Shown piece by piece: positions 1 to 9,774 of a stretch of DNA of 64,000 nucleotides. Position numbers and translations under genes: made by a program. The notes below the pieces were generated by a model. It searched no databases. It was not told the origin of the DNA and saw only the letters and a program-made list of their open reading frames with translations. The stretch is from positions 3,726 to 67,725 of the forward strand of contig CACEUX010000008.1 in NCBI GenBank assembly GCA_902562835.1, read 5' to 3'. Source of the DNA: an uncultured Fidelibacterota bacterium (GTDB lineage: Bacteria > Fidelibacterota > Marinisomatia > Marinisomatales > UBA1611). How positions within the stretch are numbered: the first letter of the stretch is position 1; every line of letters begins with the position of its first letter.

Positions 1-130
1 CGTTTGTACATGACGATCGATTTTGTGGAATTATACTTAAGGATATACCAGAATTCTCTAAAAGGTTTTTAGTTAATTAGCTGTCTTATTAATAAAGACA
101 AATACAAGAATCTGATAAAAATAAATCAAA

Positions 131-153
131 AAGCCTCTTCAAGAGGCTTTTTT
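131..153 (+). terminator. Rho-independent terminator-like hairpin upstream of gltX
   Basis: AGCCTC (132-137) pairs with GAGGCT (143-148) and is followed by a T-run (148-153). An A-run precedes it, so it could act in both directions. Confidence 0.5.
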
Positions 154-210
154 GATTTTATAAGAAAAAGTAATTTCATTGATACTTTTGAATCATCTAT
201 CACTAATATC

Positions 211-1608
211 ATGAAGCCCCGCCTAAGATTTGCGCCAAGCCCAACAGGACAATTACATCTTGGTGGAGCGAGGACTGCTTTATCAAATTATTTATACGCC
301 AAGAAAAATGGCGGAAAATTTTTAGTAAGGATCGAAGACACAGACATAGAACGCTCAAAAAAGGAACATATAGATCAAATTTGTGATTCATTACAGTGGC
401 TGGGGCTGAAATGGGATGAGGAGTTGGTATATCAGTCAAAGCGTGGGGAATCTTATAATAATTCATTAGAAGACCTAATATCATCTGGAAAAGCATACAG
501 ATGTTTTGCATCAAAAGAAGAATTAGAGCAGATCCGCAAAGAGACAGGTTCCTATCATTACAGTGGTCTATGGAGAAATAAAAGTGACAATGATATCAAT
601 GCAGAGTTAGAAAAAAAGACTCCTTTTACAATAAGACTAAGGTCTCCCAACGATGGGCATACGGTTTTTAATGATATGATTTACGGGAATATTTCTATAT
701 CTAACTCAGAAATTGATGATTTTATTATTGCAAGATCGGATGGCAGTCCAGTGTATAATTTTACAAATGTAATTGATGATCAGAATATGAATATCACTCA
801 TGTGGTGAGAGGAGAAGACCATATATCCAATACTCCAAAGCAGATCCTTATTTACAAGGCTTTTAGCTGGGGGCCTCCAATTTTTGCACACTTACCTATG
901 ATATTAGGCGAAGATAAAAAAAGATTGAGTAAGCGACATGGGGCAACTGGAGTGCAGTCATATCGCGATGAAGGTTTTCAACCAGAGTCCCTTTTAAATT
1001 ACCTCGCTTTATTGGGATGGAACCCAGGAACAGAAGATGAAATTATGGATTTAGATCAATTAGTATCAAAGTTTGATATTTCTAAGGTTCAAAAAAAAGC
1101 GGCGGTATTTGATCAAAAAAAATTGAATTGGATCAGCTCGCAGTATTTGGCATTGCAGAATGATCAGGATATCTTAGATCGAATAAGGCTTCTAAGTACC
1201 GAATGGGGGGAAAAAAAAGATAATTTCTTTTGCCTTTGCGTCATAAACCTTATGAAGACCCGTTCTAGATCCCTAGTAGACCTTATTGACCAGGCGGGCT
1301 ACTTTTTCAATGACCCCTCCAGCTTCAATGAAAATGATGTACAAAAAACATGGAAAAAGGATTCTCAAGCCATCCTAGAAGAGGTAATTCAAATGCTAGG
1401 CAATGTAGATGATTGGACTGCCAATGAACTTGAACTGATTTTAAAAAGATACATGGAAAATAATGGGTATGGTTTTGGAAAAGTAATGAAGCCAGTAAGG
1501 CTGGGGTTATGCGGTAACTTGCAAGGTCCGTCACTATTTGACATAATGGAAATATTAGGAAATGAAGTTGTGCTTAAACGTTTAAATTACATAATAAAAG
1601 AAATTTGA
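211..1608 (+). CDS. gltX: Glutamyl-tRNA synthetase
   Basis: 465-aa ORF. N-terminus RFAPSPTGQLHLGGARTAL carries the class I HIGH-type motif. KLSKRHG is the KMSKS-type motif. Length is typical of bacterial GluRS. Confidence 0.93.
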   Translation: MKPRLRFAPSPTGQLHLGGARTALSNYLYAKKNGGKFLVRIEDTDIERSKKEHIDQICDSLQWLGLKWDEELVYQSKRGESYNNSLEDLISSGKAYRCFASKEELEQIRKETGSYHYSGLWRNKSDNDINAELEKKTPFTIRLRSPNDGHTVFNDMIYGNISISNSEIDDFIIARSDGSPVYNFTNVIDDQNMNITHVVRGEDHISNTPKQILIYKAFSWGPPIFAHLPMILGEDKKRLSKRHGATGVQSYRDEGFQPESLLNYLALLGWNPGTEDEIMDLDQLVSKFDISKVQKKAAVFDQKKLNWISSQYLALQNDQDILDRIRLLSTEWGEKKDNFFCLCVINLMKTRSRSLVDLIDQAGYFFNDPSSFNENDVQKTWKKDSQAILEEVIQMLGNVDDWTANELELILKRYMENNGYGFGKVMKPVRLGLCGNLQGPSLFDIMEILGNEVVLKRLNYIIKEI

Positions 1609-1611
1609 GTT

Positions 1612-3294
1612 ATGAGTGAAAGTAATACTGTAATAAAAAATTTCATCCAAAAGATCATTGATGAGGATAACCTATCAGGCAAATGGAGTAGCCGTGTTCA
1701 TACTCGATTTCCACCAGAACCTAATGGATATTTGCATATCGGACATGCAAAATCTATTTGTCTTAATTTTGGTATCGCCGAAAAAAATAATGGAAAATGC
1801 AACCTTCGCTTTGACGATACTAATCCAGTAAAAGAAGAAGACGAGTATGTAAGGTCCATTATTGATGATGTGAAGTGGTTAGGCTTTGATTGGGGTGAGA
1901 GATTATACTATGCATCAGATTATTTTGATCAGATGTACGATCATGCCTTAACACTTATTCAAAATGGCGATGCATTTGTTTGCGACCAGAGCTCAGATCA
2001 AATGAGGGACTGTAGGGGCACTCTTAAGCAACCAGGAGCAGAAAGTCCTAATCGTAACAGAAGTATAGAAGAAAATCTTGAATTATTTCAGCGTATGAAA
2101 AATGGAGATTATCCAGATGGAGAGAAAACGCTGAGAGCCAAAATAGATATGTCGCATTCTAACCTCAACATGCGTGATCCCGTCATCTATCGTATTTTGC
2201 ATGCTTCGCACCATAGAACAGGAAATAAGTGGTGTATTTATCCAATGTATGATTGGGCCCATGGTCTAGAAGATTCCATCGAAAAGATCACTCATTCTAT
2301 TTGTACGTTAGAGTTTGAAGATCACCGCCCTCTCTATGATTGGTACTTGGAAAAACTAGACGTTTATCATCCGCAGCAGATAGAGTTTGCAAGGTTGAAC
2401 CTTAATTTCACTGTAGTAAGTAAAAGAAAGTTGAAAAAACTGGTCGATGAAAAACATGTTGAAGGATGGGATGATCCACGGATGCCAACAATCTCGGGAT
2501 TACGCCGGAGAGGATATACTCCATTATCGATACGTAATTTTGCAGAAGGGGTAGGAGTTACGAAGCGTGATTCAATTATTGATGTTGTAAGGCTGGAAAA
2601 TTCTTTGAGGGAAGAATTGAACAAGACAGCACCACGCGTGCTTGGAGTTCTGGACCCTCTCAAAGTGGTGATCACAAATTATCCAGAAAATAAAACTGAA
2701 TTGCTTGAAGCGATCAATAATCCTGAGGATGAAGATGCAGGGTCAAGGGAGGTCCCTTTCTCAAAAGAACTTTATATTGAAAAGAATGATTTTATGGAAG
2801 ACCCACCTAGGAAATTCTTTCGTCTTGGTCCTGGAAGAGAGGTTCGATTAAGGTACGCTTATTTTGTGACCTGTACAGATATTATCAAAGATGAAAATGG
2901 AACTATAAAAGAGATACATTGTACTTATGATCCTGAGACCAAAGGTGGTAATGCTCCAGATGGTAGAAAAGTAAAGGGAACGATACATTGGGTTAGCGCA
3001 GAACATGCTATTGATGCTGAGGTTCGACTTTATGATCGTCTTTTCAAAAAAGAAAATCCTGAAGAGGGTGGTGATTTTTTAGATGCTCTTAATCCAGATT
3101 CGTGTAAAATATTACCACATAGCAAATTAGAGCCATTATTATCAGAGCCAGAATCAATTATATATCAGTTTGAGCGTTTAGGATACTTTAAAAAGGATGA
3201 TGTTTTTTCATCTAATGTAAATGATGTTTTTATCCGAGTTGTGTCACTAAGGGATTCTTGGGCAAGAATGATGAAACAGGGCTCAGGTCAGTGA
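1612..3294 (+). CDS. glnS: Glutaminyl-tRNA synthetase
   Basis: 560-aa ORF with [17 protein letters not shown] (HIGH) and VVSKRKL (KMSKS-like). The C-terminal anticodon-binding region is typical of GlnRS. It starts 3 nt after the gltX stop. Confidence 0.92.
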   Translation: MSESNTVIKNFIQKIIDEDNLSGKWSSRVHTRFPPEPNGYLHIGHAKSICLNFGIAEKNNGKCNLRFDDTNPVKEEDEYVRSIIDDVKWLGFDWGERLYYASDYFDQMYDHALTLIQNGDAFVCDQSSDQMRDCRGTLKQPGAESPNRNRSIEENLELFQRMKNGDYPDGEKTLRAKIDMSHSNLNMRDPVIYRILHASHHRTGNKWCIYPMYDWAHGLEDSIEKITHSICTLEFEDHRPLYDWYLEKLDVYHPQQIEFARLNLNFTVVSKRKLKKLVDEKHVEGWDDPRMPTISGLRRRGYTPLSIRNFAEGVGVTKRDSIIDVVRLENSLREELNKTAPRVLGVLDPLKVVITNYPENKTELLEAINNPEDEDAGSREVPFSKELYIEKNDFMEDPPRKFFRLGPGREVRLRYAYFVTCTDIIKDENGTIKEIHCTYDPETKGGNAPDGRKVKGTIHWVSAEHAIDAEVRLYDRLFKKENPEEGGDFLDALNPDSCKILPHSKLEPLLSEPESIIYQFERLGYFKKDDVFSSNVNDVFIRVVSLRDSWARMMKQGSGQ

Positions 3295-3345
3295 TAGGTC
3301 TAAATTGGGTTGGATTAAACCAATGATTACCCCTAACTTGGGTCG

Positions 3346-4665
3346 ATGAAACCATTCATACGGATGCGCAAAGTTCTTCTATATCTGACTTTCTTATCCT
3401 TTGTTTTTGCAAAGGAACCATATGCTTACCTCTATCTTTTACCATTTGATAATATACAAAATGATCCGGCTGTGGAGTGGATAGCCACTGGTTTGAGTGA
3501 TATGGCTCGTGAAGAGATGAAAAATATTTATGGTGTCAGGATCAAAACAAAAGAAGATCTGGAGACGATCATGAACGATCGTTCGCTTATGTTAAAGCAG
3601 CCAAGAGGGTCTCGCAATCTTTTAGTCCTCGGTAAGTACAATCGACAACTGGATAAGGTCCACGTTACCATTCAGGTAATAGATGTTGCAAACTGGGAAG
3701 AACTTGCAAAGTCTCAGCTCACTGAGGTTTATACCCAAGTCCCAGCACTGAATAAAGCAGTTGGTTCATCTGTCCATCAAATGGTCAAACCCTTTTTGCC
3801 AACTCAGCCCAAAGTTGCGATATCCCCGTTCCCAAAGTATACTGAAAAGACTGTTGTTAAAAAAAGAAGCCCTGTATCTATACAGGCAGAAAAAGTTGCC
3901 TCCAGTCTAGATCAGCAGATCGCTGAATTAGAATCATCCATGGAATTTCTTTTAGGGGCCAAGGCTCGAGACAGAGAGAGGCCGAAAAAAGATATCTCTC
4001 GATTTGATTCTGGAGAGTGGACCATGGATTTTGATGTTGATCGCAAGATGGAAGAGAACCCCGAAAATGCTGGTAATACTCAACTGTTATCGGGCGTGTT
4101 GGACCAACTACTGACCAACCCTTATGAAGTGGAATTACAGCGCCCAGAGTTTGATTATCATGAGGATGATGAATTGTATATGACCGTCCGTTTTCCTGTC
4201 ATATACCGACTGAAAGATAAAATATTAAAGGATATGTTATCTGGGCTGCCGTATACGGGCATAGAGCAAGATGGCACACTGACAATTTTCTATTTTGATA
4301 GAACCAAATTCAATTTTCCTAAGCATCATGTCGATGCGATAAAATCTGGTTCATATAGGATCATACCTGTGATGAGAATATTCGATAAAAATCGAAATAC
4401 TCTTATTCTTGTTGCAGATACACCTGAAGAATATTGGCATTCCAGAAATAGTAATAAAGTTCTTTATATCCCTCAGCATCAGTTTTCACCATTGATAGAT
4501 TTTTCTGTGGGTGGGTGGTCCATCCAAGTTGCTATGGAAACAGTAGAGATTCAAGCAGTATACGAATTTATCCTGCCTGTTTCTGAGCTTGAGTCACTCA
4601 GTAATGTTAGTCTAAAATTCATAAATGAAACTGATCTTAAAACATTTCTTGATCCTATTCTCTGA
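3346..4665 (+). CDS. Hypothetical secreted protein
   Basis: 439-aa ORF with a hydrophobic N-terminal signal-like segment (VLLYLTFLSFVFA). I recognise no family motif. Confidence 0.6.
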   Translation: MKPFIRMRKVLLYLTFLSFVFAKEPYAYLYLLPFDNIQNDPAVEWIATGLSDMAREEMKNIYGVRIKTKEDLETIMNDRSLMLKQPRGSRNLLVLGKYNRQLDKVHVTIQVIDVANWEELAKSQLTEVYTQVPALNKAVGSSVHQMVKPFLPTQPKVAISPFPKYTEKTVVKKRSPVSIQAEKVASSLDQQIAELESSMEFLLGAKARDRERPKKDISRFDSGEWTMDFDVDRKMEENPENAGNTQLLSGVLDQLLTNPYEVELQRPEFDYHEDDELYMTVRFPVIYRLKDKILKDMLSGLPYTGIEQDGTLTIFYFDRTKFNFPKHHVDAIKSGSYRIIPVMRIFDKNRNTLILVADTPEEYWHSRNSNKVLYIPQHQFSPLIDFSVGGWSIQVAMETVEIQAVYEFILPVSELESLSNVSLKFINETDLKTFLDPIL

Positions 4666-4700
4666 TATTTGAAAGATATTAAAAGACATTGCCAGTAAGT

Positions 4701-5831
4701 ATGAAAAAAACACTTTTTATTATTTTAACCACACTTTCATTTGGGCAAAGACTCGATGAAATAGATATAGCATTAAATGAGCTAGAAACAATAGTTCAAA
4801 TGGCATCACGGTCATCCCAGAAAGTATTTGTAGAAGATTTCACTGGTCTTCAGTGACCATACTGTCCCTCTGCGAGTTTCGCAATATCACAGATGCTTGA
4901 TGATTATCCAGAGACATTAATGAGCATCGAATGGCATAATTCAAGTTTCACCCCTGGAAATTCAGATTTTGATATTCCAGAATATAGTTCTAGAGCCTCT
5001 ATGTATGGAGTGGGCGGTATCCCACACACTCAGTGGAATGGCGTACAAGAAACGGTTGGAGGCTATCCAAATGGTAACTGGGAACAGTTCATAGGAACTT
5101 TCACAGCACTATACAATAATATGGTTGGGAATGATACCCCTTATGAAGTGAGTATAAATGGCTATGCTGGTTTGGAGGTAAGCTACGAAGTAGCAGTTTC
5201 AATGGATTCTGATATGAGTAGCTCTAACCAAAAAGTTGATATATTTGTAGCCGAAGATAACATATGGTCTTATTGGACAGGTGCGAGCCAGTATCATAAT
5301 GCAAGAAATGTAGCAAGGGATTGGTTAGCTACAGAGGATCTGACAATTAGCTCAGAAGGTGAATCACAAATATTTTCAGGTAGTTTTGATCTTGATGAGG
5401 ATTGGAATTCAGACAGTGTAAAGATCATTGCAATTGTTCAAAACTATTCTTCAAAACAGATCTATCAGGTCACTGCCGTAAATATAAATGATATGAATCC
5501 AGATATAGATGATGATGGTGTTTTGAATGGAGAAGACAATTGTATAGATATTTATAATCCAGGCCAGGAAGATAGTGATAGTGACCTCATAGGTGATCTT
5601 TGCGACCCTTGTGACAATTTAGTTTATATTGCTGGAAATATAAATGGTGATACAAATGATAATGGGATTCCAGTTATTGATATCATGGATGTTCTTTCTT
5701 TAGTGGATTATTTGTTGTTTGATGATTCATACGCTTGTCAAGACCCTTCAATGAATTTTAATAATGATGAATTTGTTAATGTCGTTGATGTTATAGCATT
5801 GGTCCAATACATTTTGGGCGGAAATAACTAG
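4701..5831 (+). CDS. Selenocysteine-containing secreted thioredoxin-fold protein (family A, copy 1) with C-terminal TSP3 repeats and dockerin-like module
   Basis: ATG 4701 (MKKTLFIILTTLSFGQ signal) is in frame with the listed ORF 4893..5831, with no other stop between them. The only interruption is TGA 4854-4856 inside VEDFTGLQ-U-PYC-PSASFAI, a UxxC redox motif. A cis-Pro-like GGIPHTQWNG lies downstream. The C-terminus has DIDDDGVLNGEDNC..NPGQEDSDSD..CDPCDN (TSP3) and two Asp/Asn-rich dockerin-like segments. Confidence 0.82.
4854..4883 (+). promoter_or_regulatory. UGA(Sec) plus putative bacterial SECIS hairpin (copy A1)
   Basis: The hairpin TGCGA-GTT-TCGCA (4871-4883) starts 17 nt from the U of the UGA. 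Spacing matches copies A2 and A3. The closing pair is U-A here and C-G in the other two copies, a compensatory change. Confidence 0.6.
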
Positions 5832-5843
5832 GCGAGATAGTTT

Positions 5844-6371
5844 ATGGAGAGAATACATAGATCTACTTTTTATCTCTTTATACTAACAAATTTTATATTT
5901 GCTGACAGTAGTGATATTGGAAATACCATACCAGATCTCAAGATACGATTACTTGATGGTACAACCAAAACTATACATGAACTCGTTGATGATGGTCCTC
6001 TTATGATCGATTTTTGGGCTACATGGTGTGTGCCGTGTAAAAAGCTAATGAGATACCTAGACCAGTATCATCAGGATTATTCTAAGGATGGTTTTAAGGT
6101 GCTGATGATCAATACGGATACTCCTAGATCAATGGGTAAAGTAAAGTCATATGTAAGAGCTCAGGATTATAAATTCTATATTGGAATGGATCCTAATAAA
6201 ACGATCTCAAAGAAATTAAATGGGATGGTTATGCCCACTATGATACTTGTGGATAAAGGCGGGGAAGTGAAATGGCGTCATCAAGGCTACATATCAGGCG
6301 AAGAAATTGAGGTGAACAATCAGATCAAACAACTTTTGGAGAATAATCTTGAAGAAACATTTGAAGGCTAA
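5844..6371 (+). CDS. TlpA/ResA-like periplasmic thiol-disulfide oxidoreductase (Cys form)
   Basis: 175 aa with an N-terminal signal peptide. It has the FWATWCVPCKK thioredoxin active site and MPTMILVD (cis-Pro). Size is typical of the TlpA/redoxin family. Confidence 0.85.
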   Translation: MERIHRSTFYLFILTNFIFADSSDIGNTIPDLKIRLLDGTTKTIHELVDDGPLMIDFWATWCVPCKKLMRYLDQYHQDYSKDGFKVLMINTDTPRSMGKVKSYVRAQDYKFYIGMDPNKTISKKLNGMVMPTMILVDKGGEVKWRHQGYISGEEIEVNNQIKQLLENNLEETFEG

Positions 6372-8325
6372 AATCTTAAAAGAAGCAATTGTACTTATCG
6401 TGTGTACATCATATGTATTTGCTAATCAAGTAGATATGAATGGAGCTGTGAATTCAAATTTTGGAAACAGCTACGGATTTTATGACTTCTCTGAAAATAT
6501 ACTTGATCTAAATATATTTTATAATGACCTTCAAGGTTGGATACAGTATGAATATTCAAATCCTCCTGATATTGGTTTTGGGAAAAATGATATAAGAAAA
6601 TTTAGGCTTGAATACTCAACGGGAGATTTTATCCTAAAATTGGGTGACCTCTATGAGTTCTGGGGGCGAGGTCTTCTCCTTAATCAGTTTGATGATCAGG
6701 TGACTAATTTTGATAATGGTACCAGAGGGATGTTGATCGAGTATGACAGTGGCTCTCTTTCTGCAAGTCATATGAACGGGAATTCAAGTATATGGAACAT
6801 GGGAGCAGATACAAGAACGCCGGAATACAATAATATTCATAGCATGATGGCAAATCGATTAGAGTACAACAGGGGTCTTATTACATTAGGTCTAACCCAG
6901 CTTAGGTCAAATGAGGAACATGATGTGAATTTTGGTCCATCTGTTTTTGTCAGCCATGACCTTAAAGGTGCCTATGCTACATGGGCAAGCGGGAATGCAG
7001 ATCTTTTTGTAGAATATGTAGATAAAGTGTCAACGGAAAAAGTAACTATGTTTGGCACCATACCTAATGATACTTTGCTGAAAGGGCACGGCTACTATCA
7101 AAACTTTAATTTCTATTTTGGTAATTGGGGCATCTCAACTGAATACAAGCGGTATGCTTTTGATAGAGCATATGGTGATATAACTTCTGATGATTATGGT
7201 AACCAGATAGAATACCAGCAGATGCCAACACTTGGGAAGGAACATAATTCCACGTTGCTTGGTCGGCTGACACACAATTACAACTTCAATGACGAAAGAG
7301 GGGCGCAAGTTGAGGTGAATGGATCACTTCTTGGACTATCTATAACAGCCCAATACGCACATCTCAGTCGAAATGAAACATGGCAATCAGTTGGGTCATT
7401 TGAATGGACAGATAAGGCTATTGAGGGCTTTCTACCAAGTTCAGATATATCTGCTTTACCATATTGGGAAAATTACCAGGAAGTCAGTGGGTACGCATTC
7501 AATGATAAGTTCTATTTCAAACTTGGTAGGGGCTCAAATAAAGAAGTTTTAAAGACCATACGATATTTTGAAGGTACTCAGGTTGATATTTCATCTGTAG
7601 ATACTTCATTAACATGGGTCTATGATACACTCGTATGGAATGACGAGACATATTTTGATTCAACAGAAGTCGAACTTTATGATACCAATTATACATCGCC
7701 GTTTAATGTTGAGTCCAAGTTATGGCAAGAAAGTAAAGCTTTTACCATACCTCTGGAAGTGAACTATATTTTTGATAATGGATATACGCTCGGCCTGGGT
7801 TTTCAATACCAAGAGAGAGAAAAGGTAAATAGGTCAAAGGGTAATGCGACAACATTTAATGCCAGTGACTCATCATGGACGATGTACGACCCTGATGATT
7901 ATTCAAATACATATGATGAGACCGTAAGCCAACTTGCAAATCCAGATGGCGCTGTCAAAACACAATATAATCGGCTAGTTTATCTCTCCATAAGTAAAGC
8001 TCCTAAATGGTCTTTTACCATTACCCATGATATGACTAATGCATATGAAGCAAGCTCTCCATATGACCCATACTATAATCCACTTGAAGCATTGATCTCT
8101 GGTGATCTAAAATACTTCACAGGAAAGAGGAACAATATTGAACCACCCAGCTGGATACAAAATCGTTGGGTCTCCGTGGAGTTTGCCTATAATATCACAT
8201 CATCGCAAAGACTTTCAATTATGTATGGCTCAATCCAAGGCGGACTCTTTTGCAGTAATGGTGTTTGCAGACTTATACCCCCATTTAATGATGGGGTTAA
8301 GATCAGTTACAGTGCGAGTTTCTAA
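6349..8325 (+). CDS. Putative large outer-membrane beta-barrel protein (paralog 1)
   Basis: 658 aa with a signal-like N-terminus. Aromatic/Gly-rich alternating strands run throughout and the terminal residue is Phe (..KISYSASF), an OMP signature. It overlaps the TlpA gene end by 23 nt. The start (TTG 6349 or TTG 6361) is uncertain. Confidence 0.65.
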   Translation: MKKHLKAKILKEAIVLIVCTSYVFANQVDMNGAVNSNFGNSYGFYDFSENILDLNIFYNDLQGWIQYEYSNPPDIGFGKNDIRKFRLEYSTGDFILKLGDLYEFWGRGLLLNQFDDQVTNFDNGTRGMLIEYDSGSLSASHMNGNSSIWNMGADTRTPEYNNIHSMMANRLEYNRGLITLGLTQLRSNEEHDVNFGPSVFVSHDLKGAYATWASGNADLFVEYVDKVSTEKVTMFGTIPNDTLLKGHGYYQNFNFYFGNWGISTEYKRYAFDRAYGDITSDDYGNQIEYQQMPTLGKEHNSTLLGRLTHNYNFNDERGAQVEVNGSLLGLSITAQYAHLSRNETWQSVGSFEWTDKAIEGFLPSSDISALPYWENYQEVSGYAFNDKFYFKLGRGSNKEVLKTIRYFEGTQVDISSVDTSLTWVYDTLVWNDETYFDSTEVELYDTNYTSPFNVESKLWQESKAFTIPLEVNYIFDNGYTLGLGFQYQEREKVNRSKGNATTFNASDSSWTMYDPDDYSNTYDETVSQLANPDGAVKTQYNRLVYLSISKAPKWSFTITHDMTNAYEASSPYDPYYNPLEALISGDLKYFTGKRNNIEPPSWIQNRWVSVEFAYNITSSQRLSIMYGSIQGGLFCSNGVCRLIPPFNDGVKISYSASF

Positions 8326-8399
8326 GTTTGCTCTAATGCACGAAGAATGTTAGACTCTAGAGTTGATTTTAACGAATTTTTAATTATCAAAGTAAAAAA

Positions 8400-9575
8400 A
8401 TGAAAAACCTATATATAATACTACTGATATCATTACCCTTTGCTCAGCAACTGGATCCTGTTGATATGGCCGTTGAAGAATTAAGAACTATAGTTGAAGC
8501 TGCATCAAGATCAAGTCAGCGTGTTTTTGTTGATGACTTTACAGGACTAAACTGACCATACTGTCCATCCGCGAGTTTCGCGATTTCAGAAATGTTAGAT
8601 GAGTTTCCTGGAACCCTAATCAGCACTGAGTGGCACTCAGCGGGCTATACGCCAGGAGATTCTGACTTTGAAGAGTGTTATTATTATGACAACTTTGGAG
8701 GCTGTTATGGTGCAAGAGCTAGTCTTTATGGCGTAGGAGGCATCCCACACACAGAATGGAATGGTATATATGACCTGACAGGAGGTTGGGCTAATGGTAA
8801 TTGGGAACCAGCGTATAATTATTTTATTGGGTTCTATAATGACCTGATTGGAACTGAAACCCCCTACGAGATCATTATCAATGGAATAAAAGATGGCTCA
8901 ACAGTTAATTATGAGATTACTGTTTCTATGGATGATGACTATTCTGTCCAGAACCAAAAAGTAGAAATAATAGTTGTAGAGGATAACATTATGTCATACT
9001 GGGCAGGTGCAAACCAAGACCATAATGCAAGGAATGTTGCAAGGTATTGGATAGGCACTGAAGACCTGACCATCAATTCAGCTGGGCAATCACAAACTTT
9101 TTCAGGATCATTTGAGATAGATGAAGAAGCATGGAACTCTGACAGTGTTAAAATTATTTCAATGGTTCAGAATTATGGGAATTATGAAGTATTTCAAGTT
9201 CAAGAGATAAATGTTAACGAATTTGATACGGATCAGGATGGCGTGGTAAATAATGAAGATAATTGTGAGGCAGACTATAACCCTGGGCAAGAAGATATAG
9301 ATGGAGATGGACTAGGCGATGCATGTGATCTCTGCGACAACACAAACATATACATACCTGGTAATGTCAGTGGTGATTATTGGTATTATGATACTAGTAG
9401 TCTAGAACCGACGGTAACTATTGATGTGTTTGACGTTTTAAAACTTTCGGAGATCATCGTATCAGGGGAAGAAGAGAGTTGTGGATATCAAGCCGGCGAT
9501 CTAACTGGAGATGGTGATGTTAATATAATTGATGTTATTGCACTTGCTTCGTTTATAATGGACGGCGCGTTCTAG
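8400..9575 (+). CDS. Selenocysteine-containing secreted thioredoxin-fold protein (family A, copy 2) with TSP3 and dockerin-like C-terminus
   Basis: ATG 8400 (MKNLYIILLISLPFAQQ) is in frame with ORF 8592..9575. The single in-frame TGA 8553-8555 sits in VDDFTGLN-U-PYC-PSASFAI. DTDQDGVVNNEDNC..NPGQEDIDGDGLGDACDLCDN is TSP3, and GDLTGDGDVNIIDVIALASFI is a dockerin-like repeat. Confidence 0.83.
8553..8582 (+). promoter_or_regulatory. UGA(Sec) plus putative bacterial SECIS hairpin (copy A2)
   Basis: The hairpin CGCGA-GTT-TCGCG (8570-8582) starts 17 nt from the UGA. It lies within a 36-nt block identical to copy A3. Confidence 0.6.
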
Positions 9576-9609
9576 TTATTACTTTTCAATTTGAACTAGT
9601 CATAAAAAA

Positions 9610-9636
9610 GGTGGTTGTTATAACCGCCTTTTTTTT
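9610..9636 (+). terminator. Rho-independent terminator after family A copy 2
   Basis: GGTGGTT-GTTAT-AACCGCC stem-loop followed by T8 (9629-9636). Confidence 0.7.
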
Positions 9637-9774
9637 GACTTTATCCAACGTTTTTTAATTTATTGAAAAATATAATTTTTTATTTTAAAGCTTATAATAT
9701 TAACTATTGAGTTTTATATGTGTTTTCAACTATTATTGTGTTAGTCTGAATTGAGAACTACCAAGAGGTTAATC

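Noticed and set aside
1606-1614. gltX and glnS are in the same reading frame, separated only by TGA-GTT, which raises the idea of a readthrough GluRS-GlnRS fusion.
   Set aside because: Same-frame adjacency has a 1-in-3 chance. I see no post-UGA hairpin like those in the Sec genes. glnS has its own ATG and a normal N-terminus. Simple translational coupling is sufficient.
8138-8353. The 71-aa ORF overlapping the 3' end of barrel gene 1.
   Set aside because: It lies in an alternative frame of the conserved barrel C-terminus, whose true frame is conserved with paralog 2. It has no supporting features.
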